Assembly: GCF_030028105.1 (NCBI RefSeq)
Contig: NC_092379.1
Coordinates: forward strand, 30,401,715 to 30,465,714
Reading direction: 5' to 3'
DNA from: Mobula birostris
Taxonomy: Eukaryota
Length of the DNA: 64,000 nt
The position numbers and the translations under genes are program-made. Every line of letters starts with the position of its first letter. Positions within the stretch are counted from its first letter, which is position 1. The notes beneath the pieces were generated by a model. It had not been told where the DNA came from. It worked only from the letters and a program-made list of their open reading frames with translations, and made no database searches. Of the stretch, positions 1-12,489 are shown piece by piece.

Positions 1-24
1 GAGAAGACATATGAATTGAATCGA

Positions 25-1453
25 ATAGAATTGACTTTATCACCTACATCCTTCATTTATATGAGGAGTACATATCTTCACGTTACAGTTCCGTTTAAAT
101 ATGCAATGTGCAACTTATAATAATTTATAATAAATACGATTTACAGAAGGACAGTCAGAATAACATAGAAATACAATTGTATTGGTATGATTTAATCCGT
201 CTGATCTCTTGGTGGAGGAAGCTGTTCCGGAGCCTGTTGGTTCTGAATATCATGCTGCAGTCCGGTATCCCGGTTGGAAGCAGCTGGACCATTGTGTGCT
301 TGGGGTGTCTCGGGTCTTTAATGATCCTTCGGGCCCGTTTTACACACCTCTCTTTGTAAATGTCCTGAATATTGTGCAGGTCGCATCTACAGATGCATTG
401 TTCACACCACTTTCTGCAGAGTTCAGCGATTGAGGGAAGTACAGTTCCAACACCAGGCAGTGATGAAGCCAGTAAGGATGCTCTCAGTTGTGCTCCCGTA
501 GAGCGTTCTAGGGATCTGGAGTTCAATACCAAACTTCTTCAACCGTCTGATGTGAAAGAAGCGCTGTTTTGCCTTATTCACTACACAACCGGTATGTACC
601 AAACAGGTCAGACCCTCAGTGATGTGTATGCCGAAGAACTTGAGGTTTAAAGTTCCATTGATGTCAATAATGTTTAGCCTGACTCCATTCTGCCTGTAGT
701 CCACAACCAGCTCCTTTGTTGTTGTTGTTGTTTTTTGTTCTGCGACATTGGGAGAGAAGTTGTTTTCTTGATGCAACCGAGTAAGTGTGGTGAATTCTTC
801 TCTTTAGGGTCCCTCATGTTGTGTCCTCAGCAAAATTAATTAGCGGATTGGAGATCTAGGTAGGGACACAGTAATTGGCAATCAAAGATTAAAGGAGGAG
901 GCTTCGCGCACAGACCTGAGGCACCTGTGTTCAGGGTCAGAGGAGCAATGGTGAGGGGGTCCTTTCTTACCACCTGCGGCGATCTGACAGAAAGTCCAGG
1001 ATCCAGATACACAAGGCAGGGTGAAGGGCAAGGTCTCTGATCTTCTTGTGGATCCTGGAGGGAATTACAGTTTTGAATGCTGAACTGTAGTCCAAGAAGA
1101 GCATTAATACATAAGCACCCCGCTTCTCTAGATGTGTAAGGACGGAGTATGGGTCTGTGGCTATTGCGTCATCTATTGGACTGTTACGTCGATAGGTGAA
1201 CTGTAGGGCGTCCAGTGTGGGTTGTAACATGCCGCAGATGTAGTCCCTGACCAACCACTCAAAGCATTTGCTTGTCACCGAGGAGAGCCGAGCAGTACGC
1301 CAGTCGTTCGGACATGTTACGTTGGTCTTTTTAGGTACAGGAACAATGACCGAAGTTTTGAAGCAGGAGGACAGTCTACATTGGGAGACGGAAAGATTAA
1401 AAATGTCTGTAAACACATCCGCCAGTTATGCCGCGCACATCTCGAGTACCCGC
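25..1453 (-). mobile_element. Rex1/Babar-type LINE, RT and 3' end, degenerate
   Basis: ORF 967-1416 (FTDIFNLSVSQCRLSSCFKTSVIVPVPKK...LFLDYSSAFKTVIP) and 423-776 (KAKQRFFHIRRLKKFG) are typical Rex/Babar RT. (gaatt)n-like tail at 13-32. Confidence 0.85.
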
Positions 1454-1569
1454 AATTAAATTAGAAAGGAAGCAATATCCTACTCTGAATATTTGCTAGT
1501 GTTGGGCGGTAGAGTGTAAGAACAGATAGTAGAATGACAGAAGTTGATAACATTTCAGACAATGTTAGC

Positions 1570-3400
1570 AATCAAAATTTAGAGAATGATGCGCCGGATG
1601 CCCTTACTTGGAGACTTTACTGGATCCTGGAGACTTTTCAGAACGAACGGGGAAGTACGAAAGATAGGCGGTAGATTCTTCCACGATTTGATGTGCCCTG
1701 TTTTTTTCCCGTCTTCCCTTTTAAGGCCCCGAGTAATTTCATTCCCATGATAAACTTTCTGCAGGAAAATCCTGCTAAATTGTCTCCTTTTCCGATATAG
1801 TTTTCCCATGGTTAATCAACATTGAAAACACTGCTCTAAGTTGCGATGCGTGACGGCGACTGTAATTTTAATGTATAAGTCCGTGTTATTTGGCATCCAA
1901 TAGACACCATGCCCAATGCTAGCATCTGGTGCCAGTCGTATTAGAATGCCCACGATCGGGAGTCAACTATTCTTCTTCATCTCCATCTTCAATTGAATAT
2001 TTGGATGTGTTATGTTCAGATTGGTGTGGGCGTTTACTGTACTGGTAAGTCGTATCCGCTGCTCTGATTTTTAGCTGAAGCCTGTTCTACATTTCTGACA
2101 GGATGGGCGAACCAGTTATTGACCCAATAAAATATGGTCTCCAAAAGAAAATCAACTGTCGACAGGAGCACACGATCCCAAAGTAGCAGTAACCATTGAT
2201 CACATCCTCGGCAATTACAAACAACCTTTCATATCGCAACAGCAACACCAGGCCATTCTACTTCCTAGCTCTGAGTCCAACGTTGCAACACACGAACGCT
2301 TCAACAGATCTGCAATGCGATGTTGGAACTTCCCGTCCGGGTGCATCTTACACTTCGAGCTCCTGTCATCTCTGTATTCCATCAACAACACCAAGACAGC
2401 CCTCCTAAACTCTCTGCAAACTTGGCGACTCCGTCGGGGCCACCTTTAATTGGGAAAATAAAACCGTTATCTGAAATAAATATTATTAATACACTGATGA
2501 GTTTCGTCCGCTATTTGACCATCAAGGAAGTAGAAAGTGATTGGAATATCATATACTTCGCCTGCTGTGTTTCATACTCGGTTCTTGATGATATCCTCGA
2601 TTTTAGGACTAGATTGCGGAAGCGCTATTCGCCTATTAGCATCAGAGTATATCAGGGCGCCTATGCGATTTGTACAGCAGTGGGAAGCCCAACGAACACA
2701 AAGACTTCTAATGTCTAGCCATCATAATTTACAACTTGCTGATAGTACGACCCTCTAAAATATCACCCAGAAAGCTTGCTTCGTTCCCACAAATATTTCT
2801 GGCTGTTGGATCCTCATCATCAAGGCGTATAGAACCTTGTTAGTAGCAGGAGATCGCTTAATGCCCAGACCAATACAGCTCCCACCCCCAAGAGTATGAG
2901 GGACTAGTGCAGTAACATATTTTGCCCTTACTGCGCAGCGTCCGATCATCCACACAGCCTTTTTCCACTTCGTCCAGGAAACGGCACAAGCAGGTGGAGT
3001 CGAGTTTCCTTCTTTGTCCTTCCAGTAACAAAGCCTGATTCTCTCATTCTGTCTTCCTCCACACCTCGACCGCTCTACATGTATAGAAGTCCATAATGGA
3101 TTCCGTGCAGTAGGCAACTTCCTGGAAATGTTTCTCTATGTGCAAGTTCGACTCCCTATCCAGCTGATCTGTAACCCCTCTGCATAGACGGAACAAAATG
3201 GACTTCCCGTTGGGACTAGGATGGTCGAAACGCCCAAAAGACCTGTGGACTTGAGCATCGGAGAGTAGGTCATGTCCACAAATTCGTACTTACCGACTCA
3301 CCCAAAAGTCTTTTCATTTTGAGTTGCCACCCTCATTTCGCCTAGTAATCCGGCTCGCTGAACAGCTGGGGAAGCCATCTGCCTGCAACTTCATTTGACG
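1570..3400 (-). mobile_element. Penelope-like element RT remnant, heavily frameshifted
   Basis: Manual minus-strand translation gives PLE RT motifs: DDEDPT, NNIYFR..FY, DGVAK (cf. DGVAMG), THPNIQLKMEMKKNS*LPIVGILIRLAPDASIGHGVYWMP (cf. HPNIQFTME..LPFLD..GHGVYRKP). Confidence 0.7.
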
Positions 3401-5814
3401 TCACCAGGTAAATATCAGGACCTTATCAAATTCCCACAGGAATACACTTATTCAGCCATTGCCTTCAGTAAAACGGAAGTCTGCATTCTGCTGCCTCAAC
3501 GATCACACCTCCTAGGAATCACCCCTCTCCGATTTCGTCTGTTATACCTCTCCCATCCTGAGACCCGAGCCTTGAAGATTATATTTCCAATGCGCTACGG
3601 AATGCCTACATTCAAAAAACCCTGTCCTCAGCCCCGGTGAACAGGCATTAAGGGTAAGAAAAGAAAATAAATTGTGGTGTTCATCCATGCATTCACTACT
3701 TTATACTTCGCAAAATCAATATTAAGAATGCCAAACTTACCATTTGATGGATAGTGCATTAAAACATTGCTAATGATCCGATCTTCACCAAACTGGTTCT
3801 ATAGCTCGGTAGGGAGATGAGTGGAAGACGGCGCTGATAACACCAACCTGCACCAAGGAACACTTGATGATTGATGTCCTATTTCACTGTTATTGAGTCA
3901 AAAATAATCTAAGGAAACAAACGGGAGCAAAGAAAGCTTCTCTACTTCGTGTTTTCTTTTCATGGGGCGGCGTGATGACTTTTGCTGCTCATAAAATTAA
4001 TTTTATGAAACATGTAATCAGTTATGTAACCACACAAAGAATGTTTGTTCAAACAATATATTTAAACTGTTAACATCCATAGCACAGTAAAGTCTGAATT
4101 GCCCCTTTTAATCCTGCAGGTTTAATCTCTCTCAATATCTTTCTATACCTGTGGCATATCTTCTTTCTTGTCAAGGGTAGTGGGAGTATAATTGTACCTG
4201 ACAGGTAAAATTTGTTGCAGTAAACCAATACCAGGCTCGGGGCCTCCTCTTTGGGGGTGATAGGCATTGAGTCTGGGAATGAAGAAAGCCTTTCTGACTT
4301 CACTGGAGTCCTTTCTTCTCTATCTATTGTTTCTGATCTCCCGAATTGCTCAATGTGTCGTCTCTGGTGGATATAGAACATAATCTCTACTGTCCAGGGC
4401 AGTGATCCAGTTCTGCCCTTAGTCTTTTCAAACACACGCTTTTGATTACCAACATAGTTCCTCGCCAGGACTATTTGCCTCGAACTGAAACATTGTGCTC
4501 CTTGTTTGAGGAGTTTTCAGTTTGTCTCAGCTGTTTGTTTCTGTAGTCGTACCGCTACCCACAGTGAAACATGTTTATGTGCATCTAGAGTAGACATGAA
4601 TGATTGATGATCATTAATGAGGGTAACCTGGTTCACGACTCCGTGCAGGTTAGAAGATTTTATACTCCAAATTAGGGATGGTACAAGGAACGGAAATGCT
4701 AATTATAACTAGTGTGTGAAATATTCAGTTGATACTACTTTACTCTTGATCTGCTAGAAATTTCCAAAATATACTGAAGACGGTTGTGGCATTATCCAAT
4801 ACTTTCTTACTTCACTTTCATTTGACATTGCAGGGATTTGGCAAACAAACGCTGGATGCATCTCTAATCAGGCTGTAGTCCTCTCAGACAAAAGCGACCC
4901 ACATTGCTGGTCTTGTTGACTGTTGCATTTTCCTTTACTGATGTCATTCCTACAGTAGTCATCTGTTTTCCACAATAGGTTGAATATCTGTAAGCTTCTT
5001 TTTCACGCTTATTTGAAAGACTGACTGCCGCAGCCGAGCGAGTGTCTCACTCAATTTTAATTGATTTACCGTTCTATTTTGTTTACCCTTTATCGATTGT
5101 CTCCTGTTAGTTTACAGATTGTAAATCCCAAAGCTACACGTCCGTTGACTCTTTTCCTTATTAGACTTTTTCGACAAAGTCAGGCCAATTGGTGCTCTTT
5201 TGGAAACTGAAACTTGACGTTTTATCTCTTGCTCTTCCTTGTGCAGTCCGTTTACTTTTGTTTGCCCGACATGCCTTACCTTGTTGCACACCTCTGTAAT
5301 TTTCACCTTTAAAATTGCATTGCCCTGATGTGTCTGAGCCCCTACAAAAACGGAAACACAATTTATTCAGCAGGGACGACTCTGCTAAGACGTTGTAAAT
5401 TTTTCACGCTGAATTTCATTCCAGACTGCAACTGAATTGCGTCCCTGCTGCGGTTTTCATTGATACATTCATGTTAACTGTTCTTTTAAATATAAGCTGT
5501 GTTTTAGTTACCAGCAAGTGTCTTTGAAAGTTCTCTCGTAAAATTCCACAAACTAAACTGAACGATCAATCAGTATTCAGAAAGAGCATCAACTAACTGC
5601 CAGTGCACTGTTAATTTCCTCCATTCAAGTACTTCAGATTTGATTCCGCTTATGAAAGCAAAACCAAATGCTCAATTCTGCTTTATATATTGTCCAGTTT
5701 ATGATTACTTCGTATTATTATTACCCGTACTCTCTGTTTACGAGCACGGGAATTACATCTCTTCCTGATTATTTTAAACCTCACAGTCTGTGTCTCCTTA
5801 TCCCCTCTCACTCG

Positions 5815-6395
5815 ACACTAGACACTAGAATACTACAGCACAGTACAGGCCCCTCGACCCTTGATGTTGTGCCGGACCAAACATTGCTAAAAAAAGGTAC
5901 TAAACCCAGACGTCCAAGTAACCGTCTATTTTTCTTTCGTCCATGTGCCTGTCGAAGAGTGAAATACCCCTAATGTTTTAGCCTCCACCAGCATCCCTAG
6001 CAAGTCATTCCAGGCACCTACAACCCTTTGTGGAAAAAATTACCCTTGATGTCTCCCCTGAACGTCCCTCCCTTATCTTTGTACATATGCCCTCTGGTGT
6101 TAGCTATTCGTGCCCTGTGAAACAAGTACTGGCCACCCACCTTTTCTAACCCTCTCATAATCTTGCAGAGCTCTATCAAGTGCCCTCTCATCCTTCTACG
6201 CTCCAAAGAGAAAAGTTCCAGCTCTGCTAACCTTGCCCCATAAGACTTGTTTTCCAATCCAGGCAACATCCTGGTAAATCTCCTCTGCACCGTATCCATA
6301 GCTTCTACATTCGTCCTATAATGAGGTGACCAGAAGTGAATGCAATATTCTAAGTGTGGTCTCACCAGAGATTTGTAGAGTTGCAACATGACTTC
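5815..6395 (-). mobile_element. CR1 LINE 3' fragment
   Basis: ORF 6018-6389 MLQLYKSLVRPHLEYCIHFWSPHY...LFSLERRRMRGHLIE; CR1-type tail (ctagacactagaatactacagcacag) at 5818-5850. Confidence 0.9.
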
Positions 6396-7520
6396 TTTCT
6401 ACTTCCCCCATCACTCCACCTTCCCATCGCCGTCTTTCTCAACCGTCGCTCTCTCCTGTCACTGCCCCTTTCCCATCCCGTCTCTCTCTCTTTCCCTGCC
6501 TCGCCTCTCTCTCCTCCCTTCGTCTCTCTCTTCTCCTATATCTCCTTCACTCCTCATCTGTCCCTCTACCTCCCAGACTTCTCTTTCCTTCCCTTACTGT
6601 CCCTTTCACATCACCGTCATTCCTCTCCTCCTCTCCCTCAGTACTTTCTACCTCTTCGTACCTTACTCTCCCCCATCTAAATACGACCCCATGCCTTCAC
6701 CTCCATCTCCCATCCTCTTCAGATGCCAGGACTTGGACATCGATCAAGAGGACGGTAGGTCTCTGAAGTCAGGATTTTTATTTCGGATCTCTCGCTTACC
6801 CAGACACAGTATCGTCCTTCTCTCACACCCACATCCTGCGTCTTACTGCATTGATCACTGTCAGTCCCTGCAAGAGACTGGGCAGAGACATGGAGCGCAG
6901 TAGAGACTTTGTGTTTCTCCACGTCCACTAGCTAGGTCTTGTGGTTTGGGTTGAAATCAAAATGTATGATCTGGTAAGGTGGAGGGATGGAGAAGAGGGG
7001 AAATGAGAGATGGGGGGAGAGAGAGATATGTGGGCCGAGAATGGAAAAAGATGAGCAGAAGGAGGGAGAGATGTGTGGTTGGAAGTGAAATAGAATTGAA
7101 AGTGTAAGAGTGAGGGATAGAGATGGGAGAAACAAGGAAGGGGAAAGATGGACTGAGAAAAAGGAGATGGAGGGTTAAAGTGCGGGGAGATAGAGGGAGA
7201 GACAAGTAAGGACGGATAGAGATGTAAGCATGGAGGGAGACAGAGAGGAAGATCAGGAAGAGAAAGATAGAGAAGATGGAAGTGTCGAGGAGGAAAAGAG
7301 TGGAGTAGAAAGGGGGATGGATTGAGAGATGGACGGAAGAAGAGATGGCGAGGGAAGAGACATGGTGTGATGGAGAGCGATGAGGAAATGAAGGAAAATG
7401 TTTTTTAAAAAAAGGGTAAGTAAAAGCAATGGGGGTGAAAGAGAAATAATGAGGGTAGTGCGAAAGGGGCCGAGACAGATACGGGTAGAAATAAAATAAA
7501 ATATAAAGAGAATGTAAGTT
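6396..7520. repeat. Low-complexity CT-rich tract (6396-6720) and GA-rich tract (6970-7520) around a ~250-bp mixed core
   Basis: Seen directly; the S/L/P/F-rich ORFs here are compositional artefacts. Confidence 0.85.
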
Positions 7521-7539
7521 AGAAAGGAAAAATAAATGC

Positions 7540-7925
7540 ACAGGAAGAGGGTCAGTGTTCACTCTCCTTTTTCGGGGCTTTGCACCCCCAAGCAAACACT
7601 AGGGCGAAAGGTCGACAACGTTGGTGTCCCGATTCAGCCTCCCCAAGGTCGTGACCTTTGGCCCGCCAGCAAGTGCTCACTTCCTTTGTTTTTCCGCCCC
7701 CACGGGTGCTTGGTGAGGCTACAGGTGGGAGACCAGGTCCCTTTTGAGGATGCTGTGGTAAAATACCCGTCTGACAGCCCTTGCTCCCATTCTCCTCATG
7801 CAGGTCACTGGGACGAACGTTTGATTTCAGCCCAGTCGTTTCCGGGTCTTCCGGACAGCACGATTTATGTCGCGCACTTCCAACACATCCACCACGTGTT
7901 TCTCAGGGAGGCTGGTTTTCCCCAG
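7540..7925 (-). mobile_element. Probable Gypsy gag zinc-knuckle/protease remnant
   Basis: Minus-strand CWKC motif (TGT TGG AAG TGC) followed by degenerate protease-like sequence; weak. Confidence 0.3.
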
Positions 7926-8519
7926 TGAATTAAATCCACCTCCCCTACACCCTGTGCCAGCATTCCAACTTACAATAAAACTCTCAAAGCTGCACTATGT
8001 TAATAGGGGCAAGAGACGGCAGGACCGGTGATGTTTGTGGAGAGTACAGTTTCCGGTCCGGAGCGTTCGCTGGGGGCAGGGGAAGAAATGGGAACCTATG
8101 GAGGGTTGGAGGTCAGAGTGAAAAGAATGGGAAAGAGGGACTGTTGAATGAGACAAGGGAATGGCAGAAATAGAGGGACGGTGTGAAAGAGGAAGAGTGT
8201 ACTTGAGAGTGGTGAAGGGAGCAATGGGGAGGTTGGGGAAAATGCGGTAGGGAGGGTAAGAAAGGGGGAGCGGCTAAACAGAGGTTAATGACAGAGAGAG
8301 TGGGAGAGAGAGAGAGAAAGAAAGAGAGAGGAAGAAAGGATGAGATTGGAGACTGTCCCACCTGTCCTGTTTCTGATGGAGGACCTGAAATATTAATTCC
8401 ATTTCTCTCTCACTAGAAGGTCTTCTGCCTGCTAATTAACTATGTTTTTTTTTCAATTTCAAATTCTCATGGATTTTTCTTGACCCACTCAACCTCAGGC
8501 CCTGTAGCAAAATCCCTTA

Positions 8520-8800
8520 CTGGTTAGTGGAGTTTCTGTTTGGCGTTCGGACGGATTGCGGTGAGATCAAGTAGCTCCCTGACAGAGCAGCTCAGATCCG
8601 ACCAATGGAGAGGGGCGGATCCCAAAATGCATGGCAGCGCAGAAATTGCCCGACTTGCAAGAAGGTGCAAAATAAGAGAACAAGAGAGCCTTCTGAATAG
8701 TTGTGGCCTCTCTCCATCTCCAGACTCTCCCCTGCCTTTTCGAGCATTGCGGGACGAATGTTCAGAGTTGTACCTATTAAAGCAAAGTATTGAAGGTAAG
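8520..8800 (+). mobile_element. Probable Rex/Babar LINE 5' coding fragment (pre-endonuclease)
   Basis: ORF 8540-8923 contains ARRCK...SPLPFRAL...KQSIEGKADEL, resembling the RRC..PPLPSILLANVQSLENK.DEL start of Rex/Babar ORF2. Confidence 0.4.
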
Positions 8801-9271
8801 GCAGACGAGCTTTGCAATGCTCAGACAGAACAGACAGGTTGGCTTAGCTACTGTAGCTGCATGGTGCAACCGAGGAATAGGAGATGGCTGATTACATTAC
8901 TAGAGTTAGTCGACAAGATATAGAGTAGCTAATTTCTTGAGAGAGACCAGATATTTGCAAAAAATAGTTGCGAACGTGGGCAATTTTAACTGTCCACATG
9001 CAGTCCATGCGTATACATGCCTTCTGAATCAACAAAAAATCAAATTTCCCGACGTATTGAACCTGATTCTGAGCTTGATTCTCACGTTAGCACATCGCAT
9101 TCTACCTCCAAGGCAGCTTCCCTGCCTTTACACAAACTCAGTCATTGCAATAAAACCGAATCTTTGCTTTTGGTGTTTTGATAATAGTATCGAAAGCGAT
9201 TGCAGGAATAGAGTTTGAGTTATACTCGGACACTGGGATACAAGAGGTCAGGGATACAGTGCACCAATTGA

Positions 9272-9871
9272 TACTGCACCGAGAGAACAGCGGTTGTGGT
9301 TCATCAGACACTGAGCGCGGTCTTTCGCTTCAAGAACATTCCTTGGGCTTTTGCTTACACTGGTTTTATAACTACCCAAAATATTTCGCGGGCTTGTCTT
9401 CTGTTGTCGGCATTAAATTTTCACCTAACATGGCTTACATTTTCTTGGACAGAGATGCTGTTAACTCCAGTCGTTCCATTCTGTTTAACTGCATTGCTCA
9501 ATGCACTCACCGTCCGACGCATTTTGGTAGCCAATCGGATCCGCAGAACCCTCCGGGACTGCAGCAGCGGGGATCCCGAGACGGAGAAACGTAGGAGGCC
9601 CAACATTTTTCTTCTTGCAATGTCCAGCAGTTTTCTTCTGCTCTGGGCCAAAAGTCTTGCGTATTTTGGTTTCTCTCGCACGAATACAGCATTTTTATCC
9701 AAAACTTGCATAAACCAGCTTGCAAATTTTGAACAATCTGCAATTATGCTTCAGATGCTCAGCTGCTGCTCAAACACGGTAATTTACACCGTGACGCAGA
9801 GAAAATTCAGGGAAGATCTGTTCCACGTGCTCAAGTACCCTTTCACTCAAAATCGATCTTTAGTGAAGTAA
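9272..9871 (+). pseudogene. GPR139/GPR142-like class A GPCR (family expanded in cartilaginous fish), 3' half only (TM4 to C-terminus)
   Basis: YCTERTAVVV..FKNIPW..LLTPVVPFCLTALLNALTVRRILVANRIRR..DPETEKRRR..SSSFLLLW..MLQMLSCCSNTVIYTVTQRKFREDL..KYPF. In-frame TGA at 9269-9271; TM1-TM3 and DRY region absent. Confidence 0.8.
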
Positions 9872-10149
9872 AGTAAATTTGTTTTTCAGAAACATGATGG
9901 CGGAAATCCAGCGATAGTGATTGTGGGAACATTGGGCAGGAAAACATCTTTGGATAAAACGATTTGTTTTCCATATATTAAAAATTAGCAAAAGCAAAAC
10001 AAAGACTTTACTATTCCACAAGATCACTCATTAGCGTGGTGTATACAAATTACTTCCTGGTCTCATTATAGTCGACCTATTTTCTTTATTCCGCGCGCAA
10101 AATTCCTGAAAATCTATTATCGTTTATACACAAAGTGCTTCGGAAATTT

Positions 10150-11010
10150 GGAGGAACACGGAAGGCTTGTCAGCATCTATGGAAAAGCGTAAACAGTCGA
10201 CCTTTCAGGCCGAGACCCTTCATAAGTCTGTAAAAAAAGATGAGACGTCAGTGTAAGAAGGTGAAGAGAGGAGAAGATGAAGTACAAGGTAGTGGGTGGT
10301 TGGGGGGCCATGGCGAGGTGGGGGGGGGTGGTGCAGCAAAGAGTTGGAAATTTGATTGGTGAAAGATAAAGGGCTGAAGAAGGGGGAATCTTATAGGAGA
10401 GGGCGGAAAACTATTAAAAACTTCTGCTGAAAGTTAAATTTGACAGCCATATGGACAGTAAAGGAATAGAAAGTTATGGGCTGAGTGCAGGTCGGTGCGA
10501 CTAGGTGAGAGTAAAAGTTCAGCACGGACTAGGAGGGCCGAGATGGCCTGTTTCGTGCTGTAATTGTTATATGGTTGTATGGTTATAAGTAAGGAGGTGG
10601 AGCAACAAATGCAAGTGATGGGCATGCAAGAGATAAGGTGAGAGAGGGAAATTGGAATGCCGAATGGTGAAGAAGGGGGGTGGGGACAACTTCCGGAAAC
10701 TTGAAAAATCGATGTTTATGCCTTCAGTTTGGAGGCAGTAGAGGAGACCATGGACTGACATGTCGGAGTGGGAATGGGAAATAGAATTGAAATGGATGAC
10801 CATTAGGAGATCCCACTGTTTGTGGTGGAGAGTAGGTGATTGGCGAAGCGGTTGAATCACACTCGTATGTTGGAGGGCGCATCGGGAGCATCGGATACAG
10901 TGATGACCCAAGCCCACTCAAAGGTGAAGTATCGCCTCACCTGGAAAGACTGTTTGGGGCATTGAATTGTAGTAGGGGAAGAGGTGTTGGAGCAGGTGTG
11001 GCACTTGCCC
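10150..11010 (-). mobile_element. Penelope-like element fragments (GIY-YIG endonuclease and pseudo-LTR)
   Basis: ORF 10567-10917 CIRCSRC...HFNSISHSHSDMSVHGLLYC...INIDFSSFR; degenerate pLTR/hammerhead motif at ~10195-10230. Confidence 0.8.
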
Positions 11011-11391
11011 TGCTTGCAACCTTAAATCACTTATTAATTGTCACTTCTTCAGCTTGAAATCTGAAAACACTGCAATTCGTTTCGAAGAGCTCACCATAGC
11101 CGTTCCCGTTTCTTTGACAGCCTACGTGATGCTATATCCATAATATCGCAATTGCTTGTTTCCTTCATAATCCATTATTGTGACCAGAAAGCCAACTTAT
11201 TTGATGACCTTAACTGTAAGAAATTTGTCCGTTCCCAGTGCACCACTTACAAAAGTGGTAGTTACTTAATCTGGCTTCTGATCTATGAAATAACTTAGCC
11301 ATTCCCATTCAAGGCTCCATCGGTGTACACTAAGCTATTCAGCAGCAAAGGCAATTAACGGGAGGTAAGGGGAACAAACATTATTCGTCTT

Positions 11392-11520
11392 GTAGCAACA
11401 CACATAAAAGTTGCTGGTGAACGCAGCAGGCCAGGCAGCATCTCTAGGAAGAGGTGCAGTCGACGTTTCAGGTCGAGACCCTTTGTCAGGACTAACTGAA
11501 GGGAGAGTGAGTAAGGACGG
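11392..11520 (-). mobile_element. Penelope pseudo-LTR fragment
   Basis: gcaacacacataaaagttgctggtgaacgcagcaggccaggcagcatctctaggaagagg..gtcgacgtttcaggtcgagacc matches the copies at 43230, 47210 and 48600. Confidence 0.8.
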
Positions 11521-12489
11521 GACTTTTGTTCCGGTGTAACAAGATTGAAGTGTAAGGATACAAAATTGCAATGGACGATAAGATAAGTAATCGGCGCAGA
11601 AAACGAAAAGCGCAGTCGTACTTTAGGGTTTCACGGACCGTCCAGAAATCTGATGGAAGAGGGATAGAATCTGTTTCCGAATCGCGGAGCGTGGTCGTGG
11701 AGCTTTGAACGTTAATTCCTATAGGTGGTAACGAGCAGTGTGCATGTCCGGATATTGAGAGTTGTTTTTAGTTGGATGCCGATTATTTGAAGATGCCCAT
11801 AATGATGAGCAGGGACGGAGGTCGGGGATGTGAGTGAGATGTCTACAGTCACCCGCCACCCGCCACCCGCTCCCCTCACCACATAAGGTGCTGTAGGGAG
11901 GTGAACGGGTGATGTAGAACAGAACAAGGTCAAGAGCAACGGCACCACTACACTGTCCGTGAAACCTGGGTGTTCTAACTCAGTCCTAGCAGAAAGGTAC
12001 GTTTATGGACGTATGTGTGTATGTGTGATGATCAGAAGTGAAGGGGGGCAAACGGCGGTAATGGCTCGAGTAAAGAGCGAAGTCCCTGAAGCGGATGAAC
12101 CGTTTCCCGACTTTTAATAAGAACTGGGCAGGATAATAGAAAACCAATAAAGGCGAGGCCAACAAGGCGCTAGGAAAGCGCTAAGCCAGTATTGCTGATG
12201 ACACAAAGGAGGCTGGAGGGCAGCTAGTATTGAGGAAGTAGGAAGACTACAGGAGGACTGAGGCAGGTTTGGAGAATGAGCATAGAGGTGGTAAATGGAA
12301 CATAGAGTCAGGAAGCGTATGGTATGTACTTTCTAAATGGGAAGAAAATTCAAAAATCGGAGATGGAACTGGACATGGCAGTCTTCGCGCACGGTGCCGT
12401 GAAGCCCACTTGCAGGTTGATTCAGTGGTGATAAGGCAAATGCATCAGCTCCAGATGCCTGTGTCCAACACTTTGAAATACCATAAACC

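Larger units (their letters stand above)
25..9265 (+). repeat. Segmental duplication, copy A (direct paralog of 28796-38835)
   Basis: Collinear by eye from agaattgactttatcacctacatcc to gaggtcagggataca. The same ORFs recur in the track (132 aa at 2320/31864, 121 aa at 4070/33603, 81 aa at 3395/32928). Two 60-nt spot checks gave 4-5 mismatches each. Confidence 0.95.

Noticed and set aside
4070-4435. 121-aa ORF kept in both duplicates, plus a faint Ig-C-like W..FTCQVQ motif in another frame
   Set aside because: No recognisable domain, splice sites or intact frame for the Ig-like reading; persistence is explained by the ~90% duplicate identity.
4560-4566. CACAGTG heptamer (also at 34093 and 39500-39506)
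   Set aside because: No nonamer at 12 or 23 nt and no adjacent V, D or J coding sequence.
6354-7595. Long ORFs of 108-212 aa (and paralogs near 35900-36800)
   Set aside because: Stop-poor CT/GA low-complexity sequence giving S/L/P/F-rich artefacts.
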